55,431 nt of DNA, from contig NC_068985.1 of assembly GCF_001194135.2 (NCBI RefSeq), positions 39,262,315 through 39,317,745 on the forward strand. The letters run 5' to 3'. Of this stretch, positions 39,884 to 52,194 are shown piece after piece. The stretch's first letter is position 1. Every line of letters starts with the position of its first letter. The stretch comes from Octopus bimaculoides (Eukaryota). Made by a program: the position numbers and the translations under genes. Under the pieces are notes generated by a model. The model was not told the origin of the DNA. It did no database searches and saw only the letters and a list, made by a program, of their open reading frames with translations.

Positions 39884-39940
39884 GCAGACAGACAGACAAA
39901 CAAACAGACAGACAGACAGGCAGACAGACAGGCAGACATA
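39845..39940. repeat. (GACA)n-type microsatellite
   Basis: Visible. Confidence 0.95.
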
Positions 39941-40280
39941 CACGTGCACCTATGACGGTGGGCAATTTTGTATAGGGTTCTGAGTATTATGGTTGCATTA
40001 CGAATAGGCTGAAGAGAATCAGACAGTCGGTAAGATTGTTAATTTTGAAACCGGTACCTATTTAATAATGATTTTTTAGGTAATTTAAATGTCTTGCCCA
40101 CTTACGCTTTGGTATCCTGCTAAATTCCGTTTTGAGAATAATTTAGGTCTTAGTAGACACAAGATGTGATCTACTTCTAGCACATTGAATGTCCACGTTA
40201 GTGGTCAAGGTTATATATAAAAAAAAATATATATATATAGATAGATAGATAGATAGATAGATAGACAGATAGATAGATAA

Positions 40281-41342
40281 GTTTCTTTATTAGCCACACA
40301 GGGCCGAACACAGAGGGGACAAAATACAATGCAGAACTTTTCTTTTCGAAAATATGAAAAAAGGAGAAAATTAAATTCCCATCAAAAGGGATTGTGAAAA
40401 AACAAAATAAAAAAAAATACAATCAAAAGTAATCGTGTATTACAGAAACATTTTTAAAGTGTAAAAAGCAAGATTGGATTTATCCGTGGAAAGAAAAGCC
40501 TACGGAAAAGACCAGGAAGGGAGTAAACACATGGGAGCAAAATACTTTCTTTCTTTCTTTTTTCGATTTACAGGATCATGCTCAAAGTGGTTTCGTCACT
40601 CGCACGCACAATCTTTGCTACATTCACCCACCTTTTATTGAAATTTTCACAAGATAAAACCTGCCTCTCTATTCTCACCTTCCTTTTCAAGTAGTACTTG
40701 AAAAATTTGATGAGCGATTGACTAGAGAGGTAAGTCTTTGTCTCTAAACCTTTCGCTCGAGTCCACCACACACATTCTTTCACCATGGCCACTAGTACGA
40801 TGAAGACTGCCTTGCCATCGCGGTTAAGGGAAGGTGGCTGAGCAAATTTCATGGTAGACTCGGTCGACAGGCGGACTCGTCCCACACGTGACAGCAGCCG
40901 TTCGGCATATGCCCACAGGTCCGAAATGGTTGGACACTGCACGAGGGCGTGCAGAACGGTTTCGTTGCTCTGACCGCAGAGACGAGGATACTCCTGTTTT
41001 GCTGCCAGTTGCAGCAGGCATCTACGAAGACGCCTCCAAACAAGTCTGGCATATAACAATAGAGTTCGTAGGGCAGACCATCCAAGCCTGGCGACTTGTT
41101 TCCTGCGCAGTCTGCCATTGCATCCCATACATCCGCGACTGTGATGGGTCTTTCACAACACTCCGCCTCTCTTGCCGAGAGTCGTGGAAGGCTATGCAGG
41201 TAGGCACTAAAGTCCACTCTGCGTTCTGACCCACCAGTTGTCCCGAACTGTCGGGCAAAGTGTTGTTGAAAAGCCTCTCACATCCTTTCAGGCTCGAGTA
41301 ATTCGCGCCCCTGCTCCTCTGTCAGGGACCTGTCACCTTCAA
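40281..41342 (-). mobile_element. Tx1-like LINE copy D, internally deleted (pre-RT region fused to the zinc-knuckle/C-terminus)
   Basis: DFSAYLHSLPRLS...GNKSPGLDGLPYELY...WQQNRSI joins at ~40985 to CGQSNETVLHALVQCP...LSMIL*; (GATA)n on both sides. Confidence 0.95.
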
Positions 41343-41417
41343 GTGGTAGATAGGTAGATAGATAGATAGATAGATAGATACATACATACATACATACATA
41401 CATACATACATACATAA

Positions 41418-41868
41418 ACTTCTTTATTGGCTGCACAGGGCTGAACATGGAAGGGACAAATATAATATAGAGTTTTTCTTTTTGAGGGGTAAAATAAAAA
41501 ACAAAATTGGGGACAACGATCAAAAGGGATCGAAATCGTTTGGGATATATATAAAAAAAAGTCGAAGTAATACAAAAGGTTCCCAAAAAAGGGGAGGTTT
41601 ATCCGTGGAAAGAAAAACCTACGATAAGACCACGGTAACCGCGGGCAATAATGTCACATATTAACTCATTTATTTACAAGTAAGTAACTCTCTGTTTAAA
41701 AGTTGGTGGGGGGCGGGGTTTCCGGTTCATAGGATCATGCTCAAGGTGGCTTCGTCATTCACACGTGCCATCCTTGCTACAGTTACCCATCTTTTTTTTT
41801 TTAAACATTCGCTCAACAAAACTTGCTTCTCTACTCTCACCTTCTTTTCAAATGATACTTGAAAAAGC
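41418..41868 (-). mobile_element. Tx1-like LINE copy E (C-terminus plus 3' UTR), tandem to copy D
   Basis: 41730-41868 is homologous to 40570-40710; tail AATAAAGAAG followed by (TATG)n(TATC)n. Confidence 0.9.
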
Positions 41869-43409
41869 CACTCCTATATATGTAATTTTGTTATATAAAT
41901 TCGCAAAAATCAAGGCACTTTAACTCGTAGGACGCCAGAAATGGTTAGGCACGATGATATAGACATTCGCCACATCAAGTGTCGGATATTTTTACTTGCT
42001 AACTGTTTACATGCAAGTACCAAATCCAATTTAAGCTATAGATTCGACTCAGGGGTGGGGGCGCCTTTGTGCGTCGTGTGTGTGGACCGTTTCACCATTC
42101 ACTCAGCGACCGTCAGAGAAGACGTTCTCAATTACCCTCCAAAAATATCAAATTAGGTTTGTCGTTATATCATTCATAAACCTATCTCCGTACAGAAGCT
42201 GGTGATAGAAAAAATATGTGATAATAAAACTGAGATTACGACACAAATACGATCCTTAATTACACGTTTCATATTCTAAGAAAGAGACTGAATGAACGTC
42301 ACAATTCTCTAAAACACTGATAAGCATCTCCATACTTTCGACCGTCTTACTACAAATATTATTTACCAAATCACATCCAAATGCTAAAAACAGATTAGAA
42401 TGGACACATCGAATAGTATCGTCCTAGATACGAAATGACTCAGTCTTGTTGCCTAGACTCTTTTCATCATAGTTCCGCTCGATGACGACTGATTTGAGGC
42501 AAAATAATAGCACACCATCTTTTATTCAGTGTAATGAAAAGAAACTAATTCCTGTCTTAATTAGTATTTATTGTTCTAATGCACTAAGGGTGACTTATGA
42601 CACGCATCTCAGCAGCGGCATGCAACGGCTTTTTAGACAACACGTGACGTATTTTGAAAAATAAAATTTTTTTCTGCAAAAGGCTATAAAACGCTCTGTA
42701 AATGTGATAAAGAATCTTCAAATTTCGACATATCAAAAAACTTGAAAAATTACATTTTCAGTGACATCTAGAGATACAGTGTGTTGTAGTACAACCCATA
42801 CATTATAACTCACAACTGAACGAATTAGCGACTCATCGTTAGGATACTAATCGATAATTATTTAATTAAAACTAAAATACGTGTAATGTAACAACCAAGC
42901 TCTTGAAGTGATTGTTCGATAATAGTTTGCTTTTTTTTTTCTAATTGAAAATCCCGATAAATCTAAGCCGAGTTAAAATATTCCGCCATCATTGTTTTCG
43001 TGCATAACGGATCAACTAAAGATGCAATATTGTTGTTGCAGCTGTTGCTGTTTTTGTTGCAGCTGTTGCTGTTTTTGTTCTTGCTGCTGCTGTTGCTCAC
43101 GTTGCTGTTGTTTTGTTTGTTGTGTTATTTTTGTTCTTATTGTTGTTTAGTTCCGACTGATCGATGAAGTTGACCTCTGATCAAAGGCATTTCAGTTTCA
43201 ACTGTTCTGCTTTCACTCCCTCCCCACCGAGTCTTTTATTCCTTTGACTTGGGGTGGATTGGTCGAATCGTTAAAATCTGCTACGTAGTTGTTGCACTTT
43301 ACTACGGAGTTCAAAACACGCCAGAATCAATTTTGGCTTTCATCCTTCCCGGGTCAGTAAGTACACCCAAAATTACACACATCCTATAGTTCATATATGT
43401 ACACATCAA

Positions 43410-43673
43410 CTTTTATCTGTTTCAGTCATTAGACTGCGACCATCCTGGAGCACCACCTCGAAGAATTTTTAGTTGAATTAAACGACTCCAGTACTTATTT
43501 TTTTTTAAGTCTAGTATTTATTTTATCGATCACTTTTGCCAAACCGATAGGTTATGTAGACGTGATTACACTAACACAGGTTGTCAGTCTGTGGTTGAGA
43601 ACAAACACAGATACAAAAGACACACACACATACATACACACACACACATACATATATACACTTACATACATAC

Positions 43674-43739
<66 letters not shown>

Positions 43740-43818
43740 CAGGATTCTTTTAGTTTCCGTCTACCAAGTCCACTCACAAGGCCTTGGTCGGCCCGAGGCT
43801 ATAGTAGAAGGCACTTGA
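43410..43818 (-). mobile_element. SINE family B lacking its head, internal (CA)/(TA) microsatellite
   Basis: TTTCAGTCATTAGACTGCG...GGAGCACC tail and TTTCCGTCTACCAAGTCCACTCACAAGGC body. Confidence 0.88.
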
Positions 43819-43832
43819 TTCATTTACTTTAT

Positions 43833-44340
43833 TAAGTTGCTGAACTAACTGAATCGTTAGCAGGTCGAACAAATGCTAAGCGGTATTTCTTCCAATTTTA
43901 TATCAAACTTTCCCGAGGTCAGCTTTATCTTTCGTCCTTTCTGGGTCGATGGATAAATACCAGTCGAGCAGTGGAGTCGATGTAATCGTCTAGGCCCCCT
44001 CCTCTAAATTGCAGGCCTTGTATCTATAGTAGAAAGGGTACTAATATTTCTGTTATATGTATTTAGGTTAATGTCAGCAAACTGTGAAAACGCTGGAGCA
44101 CCGGAAAGATATCTTTTTATTTTTTATTGTTTGCTTGTTTTTTTTTTTTTTTTGGTTTTTTGGCCTGATTCGTTCAGCCTGTTTACGTTTTAAGCTTAAA
44201 TACCGTCGAATTCTGATTTACCTTTTGTCCCTTCAGGGTCAATAATGTGAAGTACCAGTCAGATATTGTGGTTGATTGTCATGACTACTCCCCGTCTCCT
44301 AAAAAAAACTACTGGTCTTGTGTCGAAATTAGAAGCCATT
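43833..44340 (+). mobile_element. Two degenerate SINE family A tail-beta copies (43833-44038, 44170-44340)
   Basis: CCTTTCTGGGTCGATGGATAAATACCAG and CCCTTCAGGGTCAATAATGTGAAGTACCAG cores with GGCCTTGT..TAGAA tails. Confidence 0.75.
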
Positions 44341-45064
44341 TAATATTCTGAGGCTTCTGTGACGGCTCGTTTCTCATAATTTGGTCGCTGCTGTTTATTG
44401 TCAATTTGTGTAGCCAGTTTCTGCCACCGCTTTTGTATGTTCTCTCTTGGTTTTGTTTTGGTTTGATCTTTATTGTCGTTTTATTTTATCTCTGTCTATT
44501 GCTGCAGTTATGCCCATATAAACAACTGATTTTATGTCTGTGTGGTCGCGATTATTGACCGAAGCGACCCATTTGTAAACACATTGACAACTCTTATCTT
44601 TATGACCAAATCTGAAAAAAAAAAGGAGGAAAAAATATATGACAAGGGACGACATTGTACGTAGACAGTGCCATATCAAATATCTAACTGATACACAGCA
44701 GTATGATGTCAGTCATGATTTATGATGAAGGGAGGTCTTAATTATAATGTGTCGATGCTTTCCTTGCTGTTGTTAACCGGCAATATTCATATTAGAACTG
44801 GTTAAGGCGGTGAGCTGGCAGAGTCGTTACCGCGCCGGGCAAAATGTTTAGCGGCATCTCGGCTTGCGATTTGCCAGAGGGGCCTAGTCGATTACACCAA
44901 CTCAAGTGCTCGACCGTCACTTATTTCATCGGCCTCAAAAGAAACGTAACTCTGGTCAGATGTAAACACTGCTTGGCGCTGATACCGACGAATTTTTTCC
45001 GATCTGGCGGTCTAATAGCGCAAATCTGTCAATGCTGTTGACTGTGTTTTAGTTAAAGCTACGG

Positions 45065-45250
45065 CTTTAAAATCTGTCCAGAGTTACCTCTCTTCGGTAT
45101 TTCCCATTTGTAACAGCTAAAAGGCTAAAATTGCAACGTGTGGGAATCTAAAATGAGGCAACACTGGACAGATATAGTGTCTTTGAACCTTTTGCAATCG
45201 AAGAGAATTTTGTTCTCCAAGGTAACTGCAGTGAATTTGCCTTTAGAAGT
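45065..45250 (+). repeat. Second copy of the unclassified repeat at 12830-13020
   Basis: Shared blocks as listed for 12830-13020. Confidence 0.7.
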
Positions 45251-45292
45251 TGAAATATATCACAAATATATTTTAAGTAAAGTGTATAGATA

Positions 45293-45328
45293 GACAGACA
45301 GACAGACATATAGATAGATAGATAGATC

Positions 45329-45384
<56 letters not shown>

Positions 45385-45385
45385 T
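45293..45385. repeat. (GACA)/(GATA)n microsatellite
   Basis: Visible. Confidence 0.96.
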
Positions 45386-46327
45386 GCGTGAATGTAATTG
45401 TCATCAGGCCTATAAATTCAAATCGATGCATACGTATTTATGATTGTCTATGTGTGTGTGTGTGTTACAGTTGCTGTAGAGCGTGACGTTCCCAATTTTC
45501 GAAGATTATATAAGATAAACCCTTCCAATCTATACTCCTTAATACGGTAGAATTAAATATTTGGGACTGTTGGCTACTATTTCTAAACAGACCCATTTAT
45601 AAATATATCTGAGTATCTGTATACATAATCGGAAGTGTGTTTTATGTGTATGTGGACATTAAGTGCGTGACTGTATCTCTGCATCTCTACATGGCATATT
45701 AGTCTTCTCCTCTCCTTAAAATGTATTTAAGCTTCAATTGCCTTAATAAAACCCAATTTCTTTCTTAAGTATGCTACTGTCAGAACAGCCCTGTTTGTAA
45801 GGAAGTACTAACGCTACTTCCATTTCATAGTAAATTAATAATATGCATCTGAATAATTGCTAAATGATTATCACTCATCGCAATGAAGGGAACACTAGAT
45901 GGCGCGCCGACATGTTATTAGAAATCGTGTGAGACACAAATGTTCATACTCACTTTTAATGTTTGATAGCAAGTTGTTACCGTGGAAGCTGAAAATTGAG
46001 GTAAGGTTCGTTAACTGTCTCTTAACTGTTTTCTTGAAGAAATTAATTGTACCGTCCAGAGAATAATTTGCACGTGACACACGTCTAAATAACTAAGAAA
46101 ATAAAAACTGCTGACATATACGCACACACATATATACATATATGTATATATGTATATAGAAAGATAGACAGAAAGACAGATAGATAAACAGACAGACAGA
46201 CAGATAAACAGACAGACAGATAAACAGACAGACAGAGATAAACATAGATAGATAGATAGATAGATACATACATACATACATACATACATACATACATACA
46301 TTCATAGATAGATAGATAGATAGATAG

Positions 46328-46471
46328 GTTTCTTTATTAGCCACACAGGGCTCAACACAGAGGGGAGAAAATACAAATGTAGAGCTTTTCTTTTCGAGGG
46401 GGTCGAAAACAAAGCAGAAAAAAAACAAAAGTGGGGACAACGATGGAAAAAGAACATCGCAAAACGTTTGG
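46328..46471 (-). mobile_element. Tx1-like LINE copy F, 3' UTR only, embedded in (GATA)n
   Basis: Family tail; homologous to 41418-41545; GATA arrays on both sides. Confidence 0.92.
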
Positions 46472-46551
<80 letters not shown>

Positions 46552-46732
46552 TCCAAGTTTGTCTGATTGTGTATAGAAGAATATATTAATCAATGAAATT
46601 CCAAATTAGTTTGATTTTCAAGTTTCATTATTTACAATTTTACAAAATTAAAATAAACTAGTACTTTCATGCGTTACGCAGTCAACGGGTTTACGTAGTG
46701 GCAGTCATGTTCTACATACACAGATATATAAA

Positions 46733-46920
46733 TTACTTGTTCCAGTCTTTGGACTGCGATTATGCTGGGGCACAGCCTTGAGGAATTTTAGGTAAGTGAA
46801 TCGACCCCAGTACGTTTTTTTTTTAAAGCCTGATATTTATTTTCTCGGTCACTTAGGTCGAACCGATAAGTTACATGAACGTATACAGACCAACACCGGT
46901 TGTCAAGCGGTTGTGAGGGA
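46733..46920 (-). mobile_element. SINE family B 3' half
   Basis: CCAGTCTTTGGACTGCG...GCACAGCC tail and CAACACCGGTTGTCAAGCGG block. Confidence 0.75.
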
Positions 46921-46931
46921 GAAAGATTCAG

Positions 46932-46968
<37 letters not shown>

Positions 46969-46992
46969 CACACCGTACGCGCATGCACGCAC

Positions 46993-47042
<50 letters not shown>

Positions 47043-47132
47043 NNNNNNNNNNNNNNNNNNNNNNNNNNNNNNNNNNNNNNNNNNNNNNNNNNNNNNNNNN
47101 NNNNNNNNNNNNNNNNNNNNNNNNNNNNNNNN

Positions 47133-47189
<57 letters not shown>

Positions 47190-47581
47190 ACATTGGGATA
47201 TAAAAATGGAGAGAAACACCAGTTCCTTTCTGCCGATTAAACGAATACGCACATGCGGGCAATATAAGCAGTCCGACTTCACCTAGTGAAATAAGGGTGC
47301 TTATTTAAGTGTTGAAAAAATTAAAAAAGTTTAAAGTATTTTGGGCAACATCTAACAAACCCCTAAGAGCCGATATGATGTACGTCGAACACAAATTATA
47401 ACCAGTTGGAGTGTGGTACTAGAGAAAATCTCCCGTTACACCCGTGTACTTTACTGGCAGTTATTTGATAAGTACTATTTATACATATTCTGTGTTCAAA
47501 TCCTCGACTCCGAATGCATAAGGATGGAATTAGACATTAACAGGAAATTTATCAGTTAAACATCAACAGGAAATTTATCAG

Positions 47582-47803
47582 GTGGCGAGCTGGCAGAAAC
47601 GTTAGCACGCCGGGCGAAATACTTAGCGGTATTTCGTCTGCCGCTACGTTCTGAGTTCAAATTCCACCGTGGTCGACTTATCCTTCCAGGGTCGATTAAA
47701 TGAGTACCAGTTACGCACTGGAGTCGATATAATCGACTTAATCCGTTTGTCTGTCCTTGTTTGTCCCTTCTATGTTTAGCTCCTTGTGGGCAGTAAAGTT
47801 ATA
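47582..47803 (+). mobile_element. Full-length SINE family A, tail-alpha, with 14-bp target-site duplication
   Basis: AGGAAATTTATCAG at 47568-47581 and 47804-47817. Confidence 0.95.
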
Positions 47804-49500
47804 AGGAAATTTATCAGCTATTCTATCGATTCTTCTACTGAGTATCAAGACGATATATAACATTACACATTATTGTAATTATTTTATATCTAACAATACC
47901 AGTCATTCAAGTTACTGAAACAACTTTTGCGTATATCAAATTATTACATAATTTCTAGTTTGAAATTTGCACAAGCTTGAAAGTTTTAAAGATCCAGAAA
48001 TAAATTTATTATTTGTGATGGTTTACTAGAAATTTGTTAAAATGTATTACAACAAATGGAGCGTTTTTAGATTAGCTAATCAATCCAATCGTTAACGTCC
48101 CTCCGTCATCAGCCATGTTGTTCTCCGACGTAAGCACGTAACGACATGCAATTTTCATATCTGAAAATGAAAGTGACGCAAAATGTGGTATTCTGAGAAT
48201 TCGTCATCCAATGCTTTTTCAGCCGATGATTTTCTGATGTTGATCTACTTTTCGTCTAAATGATTTTGGACAATTTACATATCACTACCGCGCGTCGCAA
48301 ACATGTTACTTATAATATTTAATTGTTTCGAGGGGAAGATACAGCGAAATGTAAATTTTATTAAAAGTACATCCGGACCTTGTCTTTTCAATCACTGAAC
48401 ATCTGGTGCAACAAGAAGAATTTTGTTTTAAAGAAATAAGTGAATTACATCTACAATAACACTCTGATAAATGATTTTCGCCATTAACAGTTGCGTTATC
48501 AAATGAGAATACAGATTAATCTACTTCAAATCTTTGAAACTTTCTTACAGTTGATATTGCTGCTGTACATAAGCTTTACTGAATGGGTTTTATTTTGTTT
48601 CGGTCAACTTTGTATCGTTTTCTCTTCTGTCATTCTTTTCTTTTCTTCTACTTTGCTATAAGTCCCATTAACACTGCATACGTCTTAGTTTACCGATATT
48701 TATGCAACAAACTTTCTTCTCCATCTATTTTTCTTCCTCTTTTTCTCTCTCACTCTCTCTCCCTTTTTCTCTATCTCTTCCCCCTATTCCCCTCTCTCTT
48801 CCCCTTTTCTCTCTCTCTCTTTAAGCAACGAAGAAGAGTTAGAGCACCGGAAAATAAAATGGCCGCTTCGTGTCTCGTTATAAAACTAATCTCGGTATTT
48901 CTCAGTGAAACGAAACGAATGCAATAACAGATGCTGTTCTAATGAATTCCCAACTTCCTCGCGAATGGTTTCGTAAATTCCTATAACAAACATCCATCAC
49001 AGTTGAAATTCCAACATTTCATTGTTTTCTTGTTTCTATTAGAGGTGACAAATGATTCATTCCATCTTAACGATTCGCTTCTTCGAGCGCAGTTGAACTC
49101 CAATTTCGTTTAGCTGCCATGTTTGAAGCAAATCATATTTGCTGGCACCCATAATTGCAAAACGAATAACATATCCATCTATGCGTCTACTCATTTCTCT
49201 TCATACTCTCACTATCAGTGCCTTCACCAAACCTGTATATCTGTCTTTCAAAATATCTAACAATCTAAATATGTATCTATCTTTATACCAAAGATTTCGT
49301 AGATATATTCATATATGTGCACGTGTCTGTGTGTGTCTATATACGTGTGGCGGTGTGTTTATAAATATATCTATGTACGTATGTGTTTAGTCATTATTCC
49401 GCAATACGTAGTCAGAACTCATCTACATGTGTGTGTGTGTGTGTGTGTTGTGTATACACACGCATATACATGCATACATATACATACATACACGCACACA

Positions 49501-49552
<52 letters not shown>

Positions 49553-49637
49553 CTGATCATGTGACCGGCCAAGCTATCATATGTTGTTACATATCGATGA
49601 TCACAATGAGCTTTTGCATTGTCATAGCGTTCAAAAA

Positions 49638-49825
49638 AGGCGGGAACAATGCTTAGCGGCATTTCGTCCGTCTTTATGTTCTGAGATGCTATTCCGCCGA
49701 AGTCGACTTTGCTTTTCATCCCTTTCGGAGTCAGCAAATTAAGTACCAGCTGAGTAGAGGGGTCGATATAATTGACTTAACGGCTCCCCCGAAATTGTTT
49801 GTCTTGTGTCAAAATCTAAAATCAA
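49638..49825 (+). mobile_element. SINE family A, tail-beta, head partly deleted
   Basis: GTCGACTTTGCTTTTCATCCCTTTCGGAGTC core, GTCTTGTGTC tail. Confidence 0.85.
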
Positions 49826-50446
49826 TATAGTTTATTTGAAATGCTGCTCTGAGGTTTCTTTCCAGCTCTTATTCTTAGCAATGACCTTTTGTTGTTTTTT
49901 TGTTTCTTTTTTATGTGTCACCACATTTAAACTTAGATTCACATATTTGTCACATCCACCTGCCGGTCTAACGTACGTTGTCTTGACACTATGACAATAG
50001 TAACTATAATTTTGAAACAATCAAATTAGAGAATGACTGGTTGATCATGTATGGCAAGAATATTAAGTTTCAGTTTACCAACCGTCATCAGATTTTTATA
50101 AGGGTATGTGTACGTGCGAGTAGACGTGTGTATATGTGTGTGTGTGCACGTGCGTGTGTGTACGTGCGTATGCGTTTACCATCTTCGATTTAAGCACTTG
50201 TCCCACAATTTTTAGTGATCAGGTAGCTGATACTATCATCTGCGGTACAGGACTAGTACGTTTATTTATCAGCTCTAGCGGGATGAAATGCAAAGTTTAC
50301 CTTGGCGATATTTCACCCCCAGAACGTAAAGAATTGAAAGAAATACTGCAAAACATTTAATCCAACACTTTAAAGATTCTGCTAATCCACCCTTGTATGA
50401 AAGATTAGTCAGAGGTCATAAAGATAATGTTCTTTGGTTTGTTTCT

Positions 50447-50674
50447 TATTTCTTTACTGCCCACAAGGGGCCACACACAGAGGGGACAAACAAGGACAGA
50501 CAAACGGATTAATTCGAATATATCGACCCCAGTGCGTAACTGGTACTTATTTAATCGACCCCGAAAGGATCAAAGGCAAAGTCGACCTCGGCGGAATTTG
50601 AACTCAGGACGTTACGGCAGACGAAATACCGCTAAGCATTTCGCCTGGTGTGTTAACGTTTCTGCCAGCATGCC
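50447..50674 (-). mobile_element. Full-length SINE family A, tail-alpha, with 18-bp target-site duplication
   Basis: GTTCTTTGGTTTGTTTCT at 50429-50446 and 50675-50692. Confidence 0.96.
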
Positions 50675-50734
50675 GTTCTTTGGTTTGTTTCTATATAGGT
50701 ATAAACGGTCCTTAACTTTTCCCAAGGAAATGAA

Positions 50735-51122
50735 ATGTGGTAAGGAGATTCCTTCCCAACCACATCGTTCCGGGTTCTCTCACACAGTTTGACGCCTTAG
50801 GCAAGCTGACTAAAGCCTTCTGAGTGGATTTGCAAGACGGAAACCAAAAGAAGCCTGCGTTTATGTGTGTGTGTATATATGTGTGTGTGTGTGTGTGTGT
50901 TTTGGGTGGGTGTCATTATGTCAGTGTTTGTCCCCCACCACTGCTTGACAACTGGTGTTAGTGTGTTTACGTCCCTGTAACTTACAGGCCAATAGTATAT
51001 TTACTAGCTTTAAAAATGAAATAACGACTTGGGAGGATTCGTTCGTCTAAAATTCTTCAAGGCGGTGCTCCAGCATGGCTGCAGTCTATTGACTACAACA
51101 AGCAAAGTATAAAAGATAAAAG
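50735..51122 (+). mobile_element. SINE family B with internal (TG)n
   Basis: Head TTCCCAACCACATCGTTCCGGGTTC, tail GGCGGTGCTCCAGCATGGCTGCAGTC. Confidence 0.87.
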
Positions 51123-51146
51123 CATTATGTATGTGTATGTGCGAAT

Positions 51147-51228
<82 letters not shown>

Positions 51229-52194
51229 ATCCGTGTGTGTGTGAATATCCGTGTGTGAGTATGCGCGCGCGGTAGTTTGTGTGCGTCTGTGTCTGCGCGC
51301 GTGGATGTACACACGATGGAGAACCAAGCAAAGGCCTTATCTTTCAACACAAATGCATAGCAGTATTTAATGAAAGTTACCTCCCTTTACGCCACACATG
51401 GTAGATAAAATTAATACTGCAGTGAAAGTTTGAAAATACAAACAATATTTTAAATAGTGATAAACATAAATTTCCTTTGTTGAAGATTTCTAACAAGTTC
51501 AATACCGAAGTATCAAACATATAAGCAGTGTCATCATAACTGACGTTTATTCCTTTGTCATTGTTCCTCTAGTGCCAAGATAATTCGTCACGCGTAGTTT
51601 CACACTTTTATACACTCGCTAATTCTCGGCCGATACTGTGTAAATCTGTCATAGACTCACACATGCCAACGAAAGAATGTGCAATCTGCGCGCATGCATG
51701 CACCGTAAGCAACCTACGTCTGCTGACATATTTGTGCAAGTCGAGTTTATTAAAGCATACGACGCATTTCAAGTCGAATAGTCTGATACATTCATTAAAC
51801 GCTCGTGTGATTAAGAGAACTTTAGCTAAGAGGCAAACAATTTTCTTTTCGGAGTTTTCTGTAATAATCATGAATGTTATCAAATTTTTCCGAAATTTTC
51901 CGAATATTACAACTGGTTGAATCGATATTTTGTCTGACTACAGATCGAAAGGAGATAGGTTCGTGTTATGCCACATTTTTTTTTTTTTTTTTTTTTAACA
52001 TGGTTAAAATATTTGATTCTCAAATGAAACATTCTACAATTCATTAGAATAAATAGCTATACAGAATATTTGTATATTATCATTAGAAATTTCGTTAGAT
52101 ATAGTATATGTAGATGGAGTTTTGCTAACAACGCTGTAAATCACCACTTTCAAAAGAACCTCATGTATTCCTTCTTCTGAAGGAACTACGTTGA

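Noticed and set aside
40568-41258. ORFs of 186, 122 and 113 aa as possible genes
   Set aside because: They are fragments or antisense readings of the deleted Tx1 ORF2; the start of the 186-aa ORF is out of frame across the deletion junction.
42430-42655. AP-1 (TGACTCA) and E-box/CRE (CACGTGACGT) motifs
   Set aside because: Short motifs expected by chance at this window size.
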